A DNA stretch of 46,823 bases from Leidyana gryllorum EB-2025a (GCA_048772705.1 JBLWGC010000226.1:1-46823); one strand, 5' to 3'; positions 1-10,737 are shown, counted from the stretch's first letter. Translations and numbers: made by a program. Notes: a model not told the origin generated them from the sequence alone.

Positions 1-104
1 ACAGATGCGTAACACCTTGTTGTTAGAGCTCGTAAACAATAACGGCCGTTTTGCTGCGAATGAGAAGACAGGGGCAAGTTGAGCGAGTATAAGAGGCGCC
101 TCGT

Positions 105-176
105 GGGTACGTAACTCGGTAGTAGAGCAGCTGACTGCAGATCAGCAAGTCCGTGGTTCAACTCCGCGCGTGCCCT
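105..176 (+). pseudogene. trnC: tRNA-Cys(GCA), D-arm mutated
   Basis: GCTGA-CT-GCA-GA-TCAGC anticodon arm; D-arm GTAACTCGGTAGTAG deviates from intact 3374 copy. Confidence 0.75.
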
Positions 177-258
177 GAAGATGACCTGAAGGTTTGAGAA
201 TGTTGAAAATCCATCCCTGCCCACATACCAATGAGCCTGGAAGTCGGTGGACAATTTT

Positions 259-305
259 GGGTCTATTGCGCAACGGTAGCGCGCCTAATTCCAGATCGGA
301 AGGTG
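259..305 (+). pseudogene. trnW: tRNA-Trp 5' fragment
   Basis: Degenerate match to 5' two-thirds of the 28815 Trp gene; 3' end missing. Confidence 0.65.
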
Positions 306-342
306 CCAATATTAGGAGTTAGTCGGCTGCCGATTCCGACCG

Positions 343-416
343 TGGGAGTGTGAGAGGATCGACTTCTCGACTTCAGGATTATGAGACTTACGCGCTACCG
401 AATGTTCTACACTTCC
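343..416 (-). pseudogene. trnM: tRNA-Met(CAT) elongator, degenerate
   Basis: Many substitutions relative to intact 30708 copy. Confidence 0.7.
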
Positions 417-716
417 CCATGGAATTCTTTCTCGATGCATCTCCTGTCAGAAGGTTGCACCGGAATGTTCTTTCGACAGCACACGCGCCTGGTTAGCGCG
501 AAGTCAGAACTCATTAGGCTCACTCTCTGACCAACTGAAATACGGGACAGCTTCAGATTTGAACAGTCCCTAGACTAAAGAGCCGACTAATGTGCTCAGA
601 GCGCAGCCCTTCGTCCGCCCCGCCAAACAGTCAAGTCACAGCCAAATACTGCAATCGAGTAGGGACTGTACCTACTTCACTGAGAGACGTGGCATGTTCA
701 TCAACAACCATCAGAC

Positions 717-788
717 GGGCTGTTCGGGGAATCGAACCCAGGACTTCTTCCACCCGAAGGAAGAATCATACCACTAGACCAAACAGAC
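717..788 (-). tRNA. trnP: tRNA-Pro(CGG), stem mismatches
   Basis: CTTCC-TT-CGG-GT-GGAAG arm; two stem substitutions. Confidence 0.7.
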
Positions 789-1210
789 GCCTGTCGGTCG
801 TGCAACCCGCTGAGGACAGTTGAGATAGTGGTCATACTATGTTGAGAGCCACCAAATGCGATGGGGTGTTCACAAGGGGCGACTAGCTTAAATGGTAGTG
901 CTCGCTTAGCATGCGAGGCGTACTGGGCCAGGTCGTCCAAACTCCGTAGTGCTGCAACTGCCGGTATTTGACCCCAGAGTTGAGAGCTTTTAAGGGCGCC
1001 CCGTAGCCCTTCTATAGAGGTTGGCACCGCCCTATGTGTGGAGGCTGCCCCAGAGCCCGGATCTCCGAATTTGTATTTGACAACCACACGCTCTGCCGAC
1101 TAAGACTGCCAATATTTCAGAGAGTGGTGGAGAGACTCCTGTTGCATGTGTCCAGTTGAGGGAGGGCTAGTCCGGATGGCTTTACCAACTCTTTTGGGAA
1201 GGACTGAATG

Positions 1211-1282
1211 GGTTGCGTGGAGTAGTGGTTAGCACTGGAGATTCTGAATCTCCTGACCTGGGTTCGATTCCCGGCGCGACCT
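1211..1282 (+). tRNA. trnQ: tRNA-Gln(CTG), fused directly to a 5'-truncated Val(CAC) at 1283-1336
   Basis: GGTTGCG...GGAGA-TT-CTG-AA-TCTCC...CGCGACCT. Confidence 0.75.
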
Positions 1283-1376
1283 CTAGTGGTCACGACGTCT
1301 GCTTCACACGCAGAAGCTCCCGACTTCAATCCTCGGAACCAGGGGACACAATCTTAAGCGAAACCAACTAAGTGTG

Positions 1377-1448
1377 CTCCGAGACCGGGAATCGAACCCG
1401 GGTCTTCCGCGTGACAGGCGGAAATACTGACCACTATACTATCTCGGA
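1377..1448 (-). tRNA. trnD: tRNA-Asp(GTC)
   Basis: Complete 72 nt cloverleaf TCCGAGA...TCTCGGAG. Confidence 0.92.
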
Positions 1449-1633
1449 CGCTCCGGCCTCCAACCCCAGAAGTCCTTCCATTTTGAGATTCCAAGTACAG
1501 AAAACGCGTGGAACGGCGAGCCTAAAACATTCCGGCAAGATGGCCTAGTGGTCTAAAACGCTGTGTTCAGGCCGCAGTCCGAAAGGGCGAGGATCTGGGG
1601 TTGAGCCTTTCGAACCCCGGAGCAGTTGGACGG

Positions 1634-1713
1634 CCGGGGGTAGCTCAGTTGGTAGAGCATCTGACTGTAGTGCTGGCATCAGATAGTTGGCGGTTCGATT
1701 CCGTCCCACCGGA
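1634..1713 (+). tRNA. trnY: tRNA-Tyr(GTA) with 7 nt intron
   Basis: C1-G72, TCTGA-CT-GTA-G[TGCTGGC]A-TCAGA, 80 nt. Confidence 0.8.
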
Positions 1714-2021
1714 AGTAGAGGGTCATCGGCAAACTACTACTCAACCTGATGAGCGTTGATAGGCCAACTGGACTACTCCGACGGGAATTCCATCTATGTA
1801 GTTCGGATGGGCTGGGAATCGATCCCAGAACCCTTCGTATACTAAGCCACCTTTTCATCATTGGGCTAGCCTCCCTCTATGCCTACCTCATGGCATTGAG
1901 TGATACTTCACATAGTGATACGAGTCTCTCGACTGTACCCAGCGGGTTGAACCATTTGGTCTAGCGGGTTCGATTGCCAGCCCGTCTAATAGTTGTTGAC
2001 GCTACACGGCACCATTCGCCC

Positions 2022-2094
2022 AGACGCTACTGGGACTCGAACCCAGAATCCCCGGTTCCGTAGACCGATGCCATATCCATTAGGCCATAGCGCC
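2022..2094 (-). tRNA. trnR: tRNA-Arg(ACG)
   Basis: Complete 73 nt cloverleaf, TCGGT-CT-ACG-GA-ACCGG. Confidence 0.9.
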
Positions 2095-2322
2095 GACTAA
2101 CGGAGCCGTCAAATGGAAGTGTGTAGCGATCAAGAGAGGGTTTGGACAGACTTCACCTACATCTCCCATTCGAGACATCGGGGACATACTATCCAACCCA
2201 GGATTCGGGCCACAACTTGCTGTTGTAAGCACTAGACGACCCGGACAATCTTCAAGTGAGGCTGGTGGGTACCAAAACCACTTTAGATGTCAGGGTATCG
2301 GGTTTTGTGTCCTTGCTTTCTT

Positions 2323-2395
2323 GCCGCCCTAGCTCAGTCGGTAGAGCGCAAGACTCTTAGTTTTGCAGTCGCGGGTTCGAGCCCCGCGGGCGGTG
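2323..2395 (+). tRNA. trnK: tRNA-Lys(CTT), anticodon-arm substitutions
   Basis: GCCGCCC...GGGCGGTG; loop CT-CTT-AG. Confidence 0.72.
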
Positions 2396-2455
2396 TGGAT
2401 CTATATCCCTGGATGTAAGAATGGAACTGTTGCCTGCAAGCACACTCAGCTGGAT

Positions 2456-2529
2456 TTCCGCTGCCGGGACTTGAAACCCGGATCGTGCGGGTGAGAGCCG
2501 CATATCCTAGCCATTTAGACTACAGTGGA
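2456..2529 (-). pseudogene. trnE: tRNA-Glu(CTC), T-loop insertion
   Basis: Glu body with GTTTCAA T-loop. Confidence 0.7.
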
Positions 2530-2749
2530 CGAGACACAACAGTTGCACTGACGAATGAGGCGCCAGAGAACTGTGAGTCGGTCTCAGATGGAAAGTTCAC
2601 CTAGGTTTGGCGGGCGGGCGGGCGGCTATCTCAAGTATTAGAGCGGTGACTTTGCACGCGAGAGGTCAGTTAGACATCTATCAATGCCGCAGGGCAGGCT
2701 GAACATGGGGGTATTTGGTCACTTCCGCGACATGTCGAATTCGACAGGT

Positions 2750-2831
2750 GGCAACTTGCCTGAGTGGTTAAGGGGGCAGACTAGAAATCTACTGGGCCTG
2801 GCCCGCGCTAGTTCGAATCCAGCAGTTGTCG
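2750..2831 (+). tRNA. trnS: tRNA-Ser(AGA), variant
   Basis: 82 nt, long variable arm, loop CT-AGA-AA. Confidence 0.75.
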
Positions 2832-3206
2832 TGTTATGTGATCGGGCATCAACTCCATTCGGTCGTGGCTGTGCTATATCATTCCAGCTAGTCGCCCGCT
2901 GTGCAGACCCCATATTTAGTGGTTCTTGACATATTATGACTGCACCAGCCATTTGCACCACCGACCGATGGGCTGTTTGGTCTACTGCTATGACCCCTCC
3001 TCAGGGTGGAGTCCTGGTTCGATTCCCAACACAGCCCTCTTGGTCGTCGGTTGACCCGATGGGACAAGTTGCCCCAGAACCAACACAGCCACCTCGTTAG
3101 CCCACTTGGTTCAAATCCAGCAGTTGTCGTGCGATGTGGTTGGAGGGGTCAGACACCAACTCAAGCGTGAATCCCTGGAATGGTGGGAAAACAATCATGT
3201 GTCTTC

Positions 3207-3277
3207 TGCATCTGCCGGGAATCGAACCCGGGACGTCTCGATGGCAACGAGACATTCTACCGCTAGACCACAGATGC
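3207..3277 (-). tRNA. trnG: tRNA-Gly(GCC)
   Basis: GCATCTG...TCTCG-TT-GCC-AT-CGAGA...CAGATGCA. Confidence 0.85.
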
Positions 3278-3373
3278 ATGACTCCTTGTTGTTCAAGCTC
3301 GTGCACAATAACGGCCGTTTTGCATCAAACGAGAAGACAGAATCTAGTTGAGCGAGTATGACGGGTGTTTTGT

Positions 3374-3445
3374 GGGTACGTAGCTCAGTGGTAGAGCAGC
3401 TGACTGCAGATCAGCAAGTCCGTGGTTCAACTCCGCGCGTGCCCT
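3374..3445 (+). tRNA. trnC: tRNA-Cys(GCA)
   Basis: Complete cloverleaf, U73. Confidence 0.9.
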
Positions 3446-3595
3446 AAAGATGACCTGAAGGTTGAAGATGTTGGAAATCCATCCCTGACCACATGCCAAT
3501 GAGTCTGAAGTCGGTGGACAATTTTGGGTGTATGGCGGATGGTGGCGCGCAGAAATCGCCCGAGTGTCTCGGGGTGCTGCAACTCTTTCGCAATT

Positions 3596-3666
3596 GCACT
3601 TGTGGTCTAAGGGTAAGTTGCGACCCTTCCAAGGTCGTAACCCGGGTTCGAGTCCCGGCAGGTGCA
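3596..3666 (+). tRNA. trnG: tRNA-Gly(TCC)
   Basis: CGACC-CT-TCC-AA-GGTCG arm, 71 nt. Confidence 0.85.
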
Positions 3667-3720
3667 GCCGTATGTAGCTCGAACCACCTGTCTGACTACC
3701 TACCAATACAATACAACGGC

Positions 3721-3800
3721 TGACAAGAGTGGGATTCGAACCCACGCCCTTTCGGACTGCGGCCTGAACACAGCGCCTTGGACCACTCGGCCATCTTGCC
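3721..3800 (-). tRNA. trnL: tRNA-Leu(CAG)
   Basis: GGCAAGA...TT-CAG-GC...variable arm...TCTTGTCA. Confidence 0.9.
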
Positions 3801-3895
3801 GGAGCGTTCTTGGCTCGCCACTTTACACGTTTTCTGTCCGTGAAGTCTCGAGGAGGGAGGACTTTTGGGGTTGAAGGCCGGTGTGTTTGTGGGCC

Positions 3896-4500
3896 ACCGA
3901 GATAGTATGGTGGTTAGTGTCTCCGCCTGTCACGCGGAAGACCCGGGTTCGATTCCCGGTCTCGAAGCACAGTTGGTTTCGCTTGAGATTCTCTCCTTTG
4001 GTTCTCGCTGAAAGTTGGGAGCTACAGCCGCCAAAGATTCACCTCGGACCTTCTGCGTGTTAAGCAGACGTCGTAACCACTAGACCATAGCTTCGTGAAA
4101 GGGGCGTATGTCTTTCGAATCACGTATCCGATGAGCCTGGTTCTTATGAACCGGCCTGTAGCCTCACAGAATTTGGACGACCTGTAGTAGCTCATTTGGA
4201 GAGCATCTAACGCTCCTGTTACATTTCATCCTGATTGATGCCCCACTGCCTTGATAGCTACTTGCAGATTATCCGAGTCGTCTAGTGGTTGGGACAGCAA
4301 GCTGTGGCCGTGCGAAGCCAGGCTCGATTCCCGGCTCGGCCCATATATCTCCGGTGTCTCTAATGGAACTCTCTCTTGATCGCTACACACTTCCATTTGA
4401 CGGCTCCGTTAGTCGGCGCTATGGCCTAATGGATATGGCATCGGTCTACGGAACCGGGGATTCTGGGTTCGAGTCACAGTAGCGTCTGGGCGAATGGTGC
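3896..4500 (+). repeat. Block (Asp-Val-His-Arg) with inverted partner ~7760-8352
   Basis: Reverse-complement match including spacers; mirrored ORFs 4285-4482 and 7736-7963. Confidence 0.8.
4415..4487 (+). tRNA. trnR: tRNA-Arg(ACG), one T-stem mismatch
   Basis: Mirror of 2022-2094 with CCCAG>CACAG. Confidence 0.78.
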
Positions 4501-4795
4501 CGTGTAGCGTCAACAACTATTAGACGGGCTGGGAATCGAACCCGCTAGACCAAATGGTTCAACCCGCTGGGTACAGTCGAGAGACTCGTATCACTATGTG
4601 AAGTATCACTCAATGCCATGAGGTAGGCATAGAGGGAGGCTAGCCCAATGATGAAAAGGTGGCTTAGTATACGAAGGGTTCTGGGATCGATTCCCAGCCC
4701 ATCCGAACTACATAGATGGAATTCCCGTCGGAGTAGTCCAGTTGGCCTATCAACGCTCATCAGGTTGAGTAGTAGTTTGCCGATGACCCTCTACT

Positions 4796-4875
4796 TCCGG
4801 TGGGACGGAATCGAACCGCCGACTATCTGATGCCAGCACTACAGTCAGATGCTCTACCAACTGAGCTACCCCCGG
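4796..4875 (-). tRNA. trnY: tRNA-Tyr(GTA) with 7 nt intron
   Basis: 80 nt, intron TGCTGGC. Confidence 0.82.
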
Positions 4876-5060
4876 CCGTCCAACTGCTCCGGGGTTCGAA
4901 AGGCTCAACCCCAGATCCTAGCCCTTTCGGACTGCGGCCTGAACACAGCGTTTTAGACCACTAGGCCATCTTGCCGGAATGTTTTAGGCTCGCCGTTCCA
5001 CGCGTTTTCTGTACTTGGAATCTCAAAATGGAAGGACTTCTGGGGTTGAAGGCCGGAGCG

Positions 5061-5132
5061 TCCGAGATAGTATAGTGGTCAGTATTTCCGCCTGTCACGC
5101 GGAAGACCCGGGTTCGATTCCCGGTCTCGGAG
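5061..5132 (+). tRNA. trnD: tRNA-Asp(GTC)
   Basis: Complete cloverleaf. Confidence 0.92.
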
Positions 5133-5226
5133 CACACTTAGTTGGTTTCGCTTAAGATTGTCTCCCCTGGTTCCGAGGATTGAAGTCGGGAGCTTCTGCG
5201 TGTGAAGCAGACGTCGTGACCACTAG

Positions 5227-5298
5227 AGGTCGCGCCGGGAATCGAACCCAGGTCAGGAGATTCAGAATCTCCAGTGCTAACCACTACTCCACGCAACC
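5227..5298 (-). tRNA. trnQ: tRNA-Gln(CTG)
   Basis: Mirror of 1211-1282. Confidence 0.75.
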
Positions 5299-5721
5299 CA
5301 TTCAGTCCTTCCCAAAAGAGTTGGTAAAGCCATCCGGACCAGCCCTCCCTCAACTGGACACATGCAACAGGAGTCTCTCCACCACTCTCTGAAATATTGG
5401 CAGTCTTAGTCGGCAGAGCGTGTGGTTGTCAAATACAAATTCGGAGATCCGGGCTCTGGGGCAGCCTCCACACATAGGGCGGTGCCAACCTCTATAAGAA
5501 GGGCTACGGGGCGCCCTTAAAAGCTCTCAACTCTGGGGTCAAATACCGGCAGTTGCAGCACTACGGAGTTTGGACGACCTGGCCCAGTACGCCTCGCATG
5601 CTAAGCGAGCACTACCATTTGAGCTAGTCGCCCCTTGTGAACACCCCATCGCATTTGGTGGCTCTCAACATAGTATGACCACTATCTCAATTGTCCTCAG
5701 CGGGTTGCACGACCGACAGGC

Positions 5722-5793
5722 GTCTGTTTGGTCTAGTGGTATGATTCTTCCTTCGGGTGGAAGAAGTCCTGGGTTCGATTCCCCGAACAGCCC
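5722..5793 (+). tRNA. trnP: tRNA-Pro(CGG), stem mismatches
   Basis: Mirror of 717-788. Confidence 0.7.
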
Positions 5794-6503
5794 GTCTGAT
5801 GGTTGTTGATGAACATGCCACGTCTCTCAGTGACGTAGGTACAGTCCCTACTCGGTTGCAGTATTTGGCTGTATAATTACTGTTTGGCGGGGCGGACGAA
5901 GGGCTGCGCTCTGAGCACATTAGTCGGCTCTTTAGTCTAGGGACTGTTCAAATCTGAAGCTGTCCCGTATTTCAGTTGGTCAGAGAGTGAGTTTAATGAG
6001 TTCTGACTTCGCGCTAACCAGGCGCGTGTGCTGTCGAAAGAACATTCCGGTGCAACCTTCTGACAGGAGATGCATCGAGAAAGAATTCCATGGGGAAGTG
6101 TAGAACATTCGGTAGCGCGTAAGTCTCATAATCCTGAAGTCGAGAAGTCGATCCTCTCACACTCCCACGGTCGGAATCGGCACCGCCGACTAACTCATAA
6201 TATTGCCACCTTCCGATCTGGAATTAGGCGCACTACCGTTGCGCAATAGACCCAAAATTGTCCACCGACTTCCAGGCTCATTGGTATGTGGGCAGGGATG
6301 GATTTTCAACATTCTCAAACCTTCAGGTCATCTTCAGGGCACGCGCGGAGTTGAACCACGGACTTGCTCATGTGCAGTCAGCTGCTCTACTACCGAGTTA
6401 CGTACCCACGAGGCGCCTCTTATACTCGCTCAACTTGCCCCTGTCTTCTCATTCGCAGCAAAACGGCCGTTATTGTTTACGAGCTCTAACAACAAGGTGT
6501 TAC

Positions 6504-6574
6504 GCATCTGTGGTCTAGTGGTAGAATGTCTCGTTGCCATCGAGACGACCCGGGTTCGATTCCCGGCAGATGCC
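6504..6574 (+). tRNA. trnG: tRNA-Gly(GCC), altered discriminator
   Basis: Intact stems; N73=C. Confidence 0.8.
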
Positions 6575-6713
6575 GAGGACATAGCACATGGTTGAGTTTT
6601 ATGCGTGAGTTGGTGCTGGACCCTCCGATCCTCCTTTTTCTAGCGCAGGATTCTGCAATCACGTCTTGTCAAGAGGGTACAGCTCTTGGCTAAAGCTGCA
6701 GCTAAGGGAGTTG

Positions 6714-6786
6714 TCCACTGTAGTCTAAGTGGCTGGGATATGCGGCTTTCACCCGCACGATCCGAGTTCAAGTCCTGACAGTGGAA
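6714..6786 (+). tRNA. trnE: tRNA-Glu(TTC), T-stem mismatches
   Basis: TCCACTG...TGCGG-CT-TTC-AC-CCGCA. Confidence 0.68.
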
Positions 6787-6862
6787 GTCATTGGATCATT
6801 CGAGCAAAGTGCTCCAGTAATCTCCGTCAATAGTGACTGACTCGTGATCTTCGGCTTGCATT

Positions 6863-6934
6863 GTCTTCTTAGCTTAGGGGCAGAGCATTCGCTTAGTAAG
6901 CGAAAGGTCGCCGGTTCGATTCCGGCAGAAGGCT
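6863..6934 (+). tRNA. trnT: tRNA-Thr(AGT)
   Basis: TTCGC-TT-AGT-AA-GCGAA arm, 72 nt. Confidence 0.82.
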
Positions 6935-6983
6935 TTGCTCGCGAGGCAATCTATTCTATAACGGTTCCCCTTCTGCGCACACT

Positions 6984-7054
6984 TAGCAGTGCGTCGTTTC
7001 GATCGACGGACCTTTGGATTATGAGCTCAACACTTTTCACTGAGCTACACTGCT
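6984..7054 (-). pseudogene. trnMi: initiator tRNA-Met(CAT), damaged
   Basis: A1-U72 and ATCGAAA T-loop; D-loop deletion and anticodon-stem mismatches. Confidence 0.75.
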
Positions 7055-7347
7055 CAGTCTGCAACATGGAAGAAATAGCCGAAATGCAATTCTCGAGATG
7101 TTAGTTGCCCTGACTGCCCTACCGAAGTGGGCTAATGAAATGCTGTGTTGGTTCTGAGGGCAACTTGTCCTGTCGGGTCAACCAACGACCAAGAGGGCTG
7201 TTCTGGGAATCGAACCCAGGACTCCTTCCACCCCAAGGAAGGATCCAGAACAACAGCCAAATACTTGGGTGCATGCAACCGGATATACGGATGGAGACTC
7301 GAATCTACTGTGGCCTTTTCCAGCCTATTTTTGGTAATGATCGTCGT

Positions 7348-7431
7348 TGCACAGAATGGGATTCGAACCCATGCAGACTTGCGCCTACCAGAACTTGAGT
7401 CTGGCCCCTTAGACCACTCGGGCATCTGTGC
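7348..7431 (-). tRNA. trnL: tRNA-Leu(CAA), intronless
   Basis: GCACAGA...CCAGA-CT-CAA-GT-TCTGG...TCTGTGCA, 84 nt. Confidence 0.92.
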
Positions 7432-7769
7432 GTTACTTCCCTTCTGAGTTTCAGCGTGCAAACGGCTTCCGTTGCGACTGTCGTCTGGGTGCGGTGTATC
7501 GGCCTCCAGCCCCGAAGAAGTCGTCCGGGGGTGCTCACTTCCTAAAGCACCTCTATCGGCGGCTTGCACCACCGATAGGCGGCTGTTTGGTCTAGTGGTA
7601 TGCACTTGTTTCGGGTGGAAGAAGTCCTGGTTTAATATCCAGAACAGCCCGTCTGATAGTTGTTGACCCAACACGGCACCTCGACCCATCCCGCACACTG
7701 TCCCTGACAGCCAAGACAGGATCTGAGTTGTTGACTCAACAGGCGAGGCTGCAACCCGGCCATTCGCCC

Positions 7770-7842
7770 AGACGCCAGTGGGACTCGAACCCAGAATCCC
7801 CGGTTCCGTAGACCGATGCCATATCCATTAGGCCGTAGCGCC
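7770..7842 (-). tRNA. trnR: tRNA-Arg(ACG), variant
   Basis: Arg(ACG) body with three substitutions. Confidence 0.68.
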
Positions 7843-8542
7843 AATCAACGGAGCCGTCGAATGAAAGTGTATAACCATCAAGAGAGAGAGACACCGGAGA
7901 CATATGGGCCGAGCCGGGAATCGAGCCTGGCTTCGCACGGCCACAGCTTGCTGTCCCAACCACTAGACGACTCGGATAATCTGCAAGTAGCTATCAAGGC
8001 AGTGGGGCATCAATCAGGATGAAATGTAACAGGAGCGTTAGATGCTCTCCAAATGAGCTACTACAGGTCGTCCAAATCCTGTGAGGCTACAGGCCGGTTC
8101 ATAAGAACCAGGCTCATCGGATACGTGATTCGAAAGACATATGCCCCTTTCACGAAGCTATGGTCTAGTGGTTACGACGTCTGCTTAACACGCAGAAGGT
8201 CCGAGGTGAATCTTTGGCGGCTGTAGCTCCCAACTTTCAGCGAGAACCAAAGGAGAGAATCTCAAGCGAAACCAACTGTGCTTCGAGACCGGGAATCGAA
8301 CCCGGGTCTTCCGCGTGACAGGCGGAGACACTAACCACTATACTGACTCGGACGCTCCAAACACGCCGGGTTCAATCCCAGAAGTCTTTCTATTTCGGCT
8401 CACGGACAAAAAACGCGTGGAACGGCGAGCCTAAAACATTCCGGCAAGATGGCCGAGTGGTCTAAGGCGCTGTGTTCAGGCCGCTGTCCGAAAGGGCGAG
8501 GATCTGGGGTTGAGCCTTTCGAACCCCGGAGCAGTTGGACGG

Positions 8543-8622
8543 CCGGGGGTAGCTCAGTTGTTAGAGCATCTGACTGTAGTGCTGGCATCAGATAGTCGGC
8601 GGTTCGATTCCGTCCCACCGGA
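8543..8622 (+). tRNA. trnY: tRNA-Tyr(GTA) with 7 nt intron, D-loop G19>T
   Basis: As 4796 copy with one D-loop change. Confidence 0.7.
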
Positions 8623-8918
8623 AGTAGAGGGTCATCGGCAAACTACTACTCAACCTGATGAGCGTTGATAGGCCAACTAGACTACTCCGACGGGAATTCC
8701 ATCTATGTAGTTCGGATGGGCTGGGAAGCGATCCCAGAACCCTTCGTATACTAAGCCACCTTTTCATCATTGGGCCAGCCTACCTCATGGCATTGAGTGA
8801 TACTTCACATAGTGATACGAGTCTCTCGACTGTACCCAGCGGGTTGAACCATTTGGTCTAGCGGGTTCGATTCCCAGCCCGTCTGATAGTTGTTGACGCT
8901 ACACGGCACCATTCGCCC

Positions 8919-8991
8919 AGACGCTACTGGGACTCGAACCCAGAATCCCCGGTTCCGTAGACCGATGCCATATCCATTAGGCCATAGCGCC
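8919..8991 (-). tRNA. trnR: tRNA-Arg(ACG)
   Basis: Complete cloverleaf. Confidence 0.9.
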
Positions 8992-9250
8992 GACTAACGG
9001 AGCCGTCAAACGGAAGTGTGTAGCGATCAAGAGAGGACATGGGCAGCTACGCCCGATCGTGGGTTTGGACAGACTTCACCTACATCTCCCATTCGAGACA
9101 ACGGGGACATACTATCCAAGCCAGGATTCGGGCCACAACTTGGTGTTGTAAGCACTAGACGACCCGGACAATCCAATCTTCAAGTGAGGCTGGTGGGTAC
9201 CAAAGCCACTTTAGATGTCAGGCTATCGGGTTTTGTGTCCTTGCTTTCCT

Positions 9251-9323
9251 GCCGCCCTAGCTCAGTCGGTAGAGCGCAAGACTCTTAATCTTGCAGTCGC
9301 GGGTTCGAGCCCCGCGGGCGGTG
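9251..9323 (+). tRNA. trnK: tRNA-Lys(CTT)
   Basis: CAAGA-CT-CTT-AA-TCTTG, complete. Confidence 0.92.
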
Positions 9324-9674
9324 TGGATCTATATCCCTGGATGTAAGAATGGAACCGTTGCCTACAAGCACACTCTGCTGGATTTCTGCTGCCGGGACTT
9401 GAACCCGGATCGTGGGGGTGAAAGCCGCATATTCTAGCCATTTCGACTACTGTGGACGAGTCACAACAGTTGCACTGACGAATGAGGCGCCAGAGAACTG
9501 TGAGTCGGTCTCAGATGGGAAGTTCACCTAGGTTTGGCGGGTGGGCGGCTATCTCAAGTGGTAGAGCGGTGACTTGGCACGCGAGAGGTCAGTTTAGACA
9601 CCTATCAATGCCGCAGGACAGGCTGAACATGGGGGCATTTGGTCACTCCTCGCGGCATGTCGAATTCGACAGGT

Positions 9675-9756
9675 GGCAACTTGCCCGAGTGGTTAAGGGG
9701 GTAGACTTGAAATCTACTGGGCCTGGCCCGCGCTGGTTCAAATCCAGCAGTTGTCG
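9675..9756 (+). tRNA. trnS: tRNA-Ser(TGA)
   Basis: GTAGA-CT-TGA-AA-TCTAC, long variable arm. Confidence 0.92.
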
Positions 9757-10276
9757 TTCGATGTGATTGGAGGGGCAGACAACAAGCTTGAAACCCCAGA
9801 ATGGTGCCTCAATCAACCATCTGCCATCTTCTCTGCATCTGCGGGAATCGAACCTGGGTCGTCTAGGCGGCAACGACACAGTCTACCACTAAACCACAGA
9901 TGCGTGACACCTCCATTCCTGAATACAGAACGAAGGGTCTTAACTACTCCAGGCCGTCCAACTTAGGCCGGTACAGGCCGGTACATATGAACCAGGCTCA
10001 TCGGATACGCGTTTCCAGAGACACACGCCCCTTCGAGTTCAATCCTCGGTGGCTGTAACACGCATCGTTCAGGCAAGCACCACGCAATCTAGAGCGGAAG
10101 ACTATCTATCTCCGAGACCGGGAATCGAATCCGGGTCTTCCGCGTGACAGGCGGAAATACTAACCACCATACTATCTCGGTGGCTCACAAACACACCGCC
10201 CTTCAACCCCAAAAGTCCTCCCTTCTCGAGACTTCACGAACAGAAAACGTGTAAAGTGGCGAGCCAAGAACACTCC

Positions 10277-10318
10277 GGCAAGATGGCCGAGTGGTGGGTT
10301 CGAATGCCACTCTTGTCA
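10277..10318 (+). pseudogene. trnL: tRNA-Leu with internal deletion of anticodon and variable arms
   Basis: GGCAAGATGGCCGAGTG joined to GTGGGTTCGAAT...CTCTTGTCA. Confidence 0.75.
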
Positions 10319-10378
10319 GCCGTTGTATCGGCACTCGGTCAGCCACTGGATGCAGAAGGTTTTCCATGTAGAGCGGAT

Positions 10379-10451
10379 GGGCGGCTAGCTCAGATGGTAG
10401 AGCGCTCGCTTTGCATGCGAGAGGTACTGGGATCGATACCCAGGTCGTCCA
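10379..10451 (+). tRNA. trnA: tRNA-Ala(TGC)
   Basis: G3.U70, CTCGC-TT-TGC-AT-GCGAG. Confidence 0.92.
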
Positions 10452-10737
10452 AACTTAGTAGGGCGGCACCTGGTAGTCAAATACAGAGTTGCACCTCTAA
10501 GAGGGCGTGGCATATCGCAGCTCCGGCACTGCTAGGCTTCGAAACTGCGACTTTGTGGTAAACAGCTACACGCTTTGCCGACTGAGCTACAAGACCCAGT
10601 TGCAATGTTCTTTTAAGCGAGGAAAAATCATACCTTCAGACCAAACAGCCTCCTGGTCGGCCTGCCCGGCTAGGGCACTCATAGGTGTCAAATGCTGGAG
10701 TACTCGGCGGTCGCGTTCGGCTGTCATCGGGCGGATT

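Larger units (their letters stand above)
1..2138 (+). repeat. Left arm of ~2.1 kb near-perfect inverted repeat (partner 4371-6511); probably continues left of the window
   Basis: Position 1 ACAGATGCGTAACACC is the reverse complement of the sequence ending at 6511; mirrored ORF pairs have coordinate sums of 6509-6510. Confidence 0.95.
1500..2830 (+). repeat. Direct repeat block (Leu fragment-Tyr-Arg-Lys-Glu-Ser), partner ~8410-9757
   Basis: Same gene order and spacers; near-identical spurious ORFs 1749-1964 and 8658-8861. Confidence 0.85.
4371..6511 (-). repeat. Right arm of ~2.1 kb inverted repeat (partner 1-2138)
   Basis: Reverse complement of 1-2138 with scattered substitutions and 1 bp indels. 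Confidence 0.95.
6442..7560 (+). repeat. ~1.1 kb block (Gly-Glu-Thr-iMet-Pro-Leu) with inverted partner ~27506-28628
   Basis: Mirrored ORFs with coordinate sum 35070. Confidence 0.92.

Noticed and set aside
10379-10451. GATCGA T-loop in tRNA-Ala as an anomaly
   Set aside because: A54 is a known feature of many eukaryotic cytosolic tRNA-Ala.
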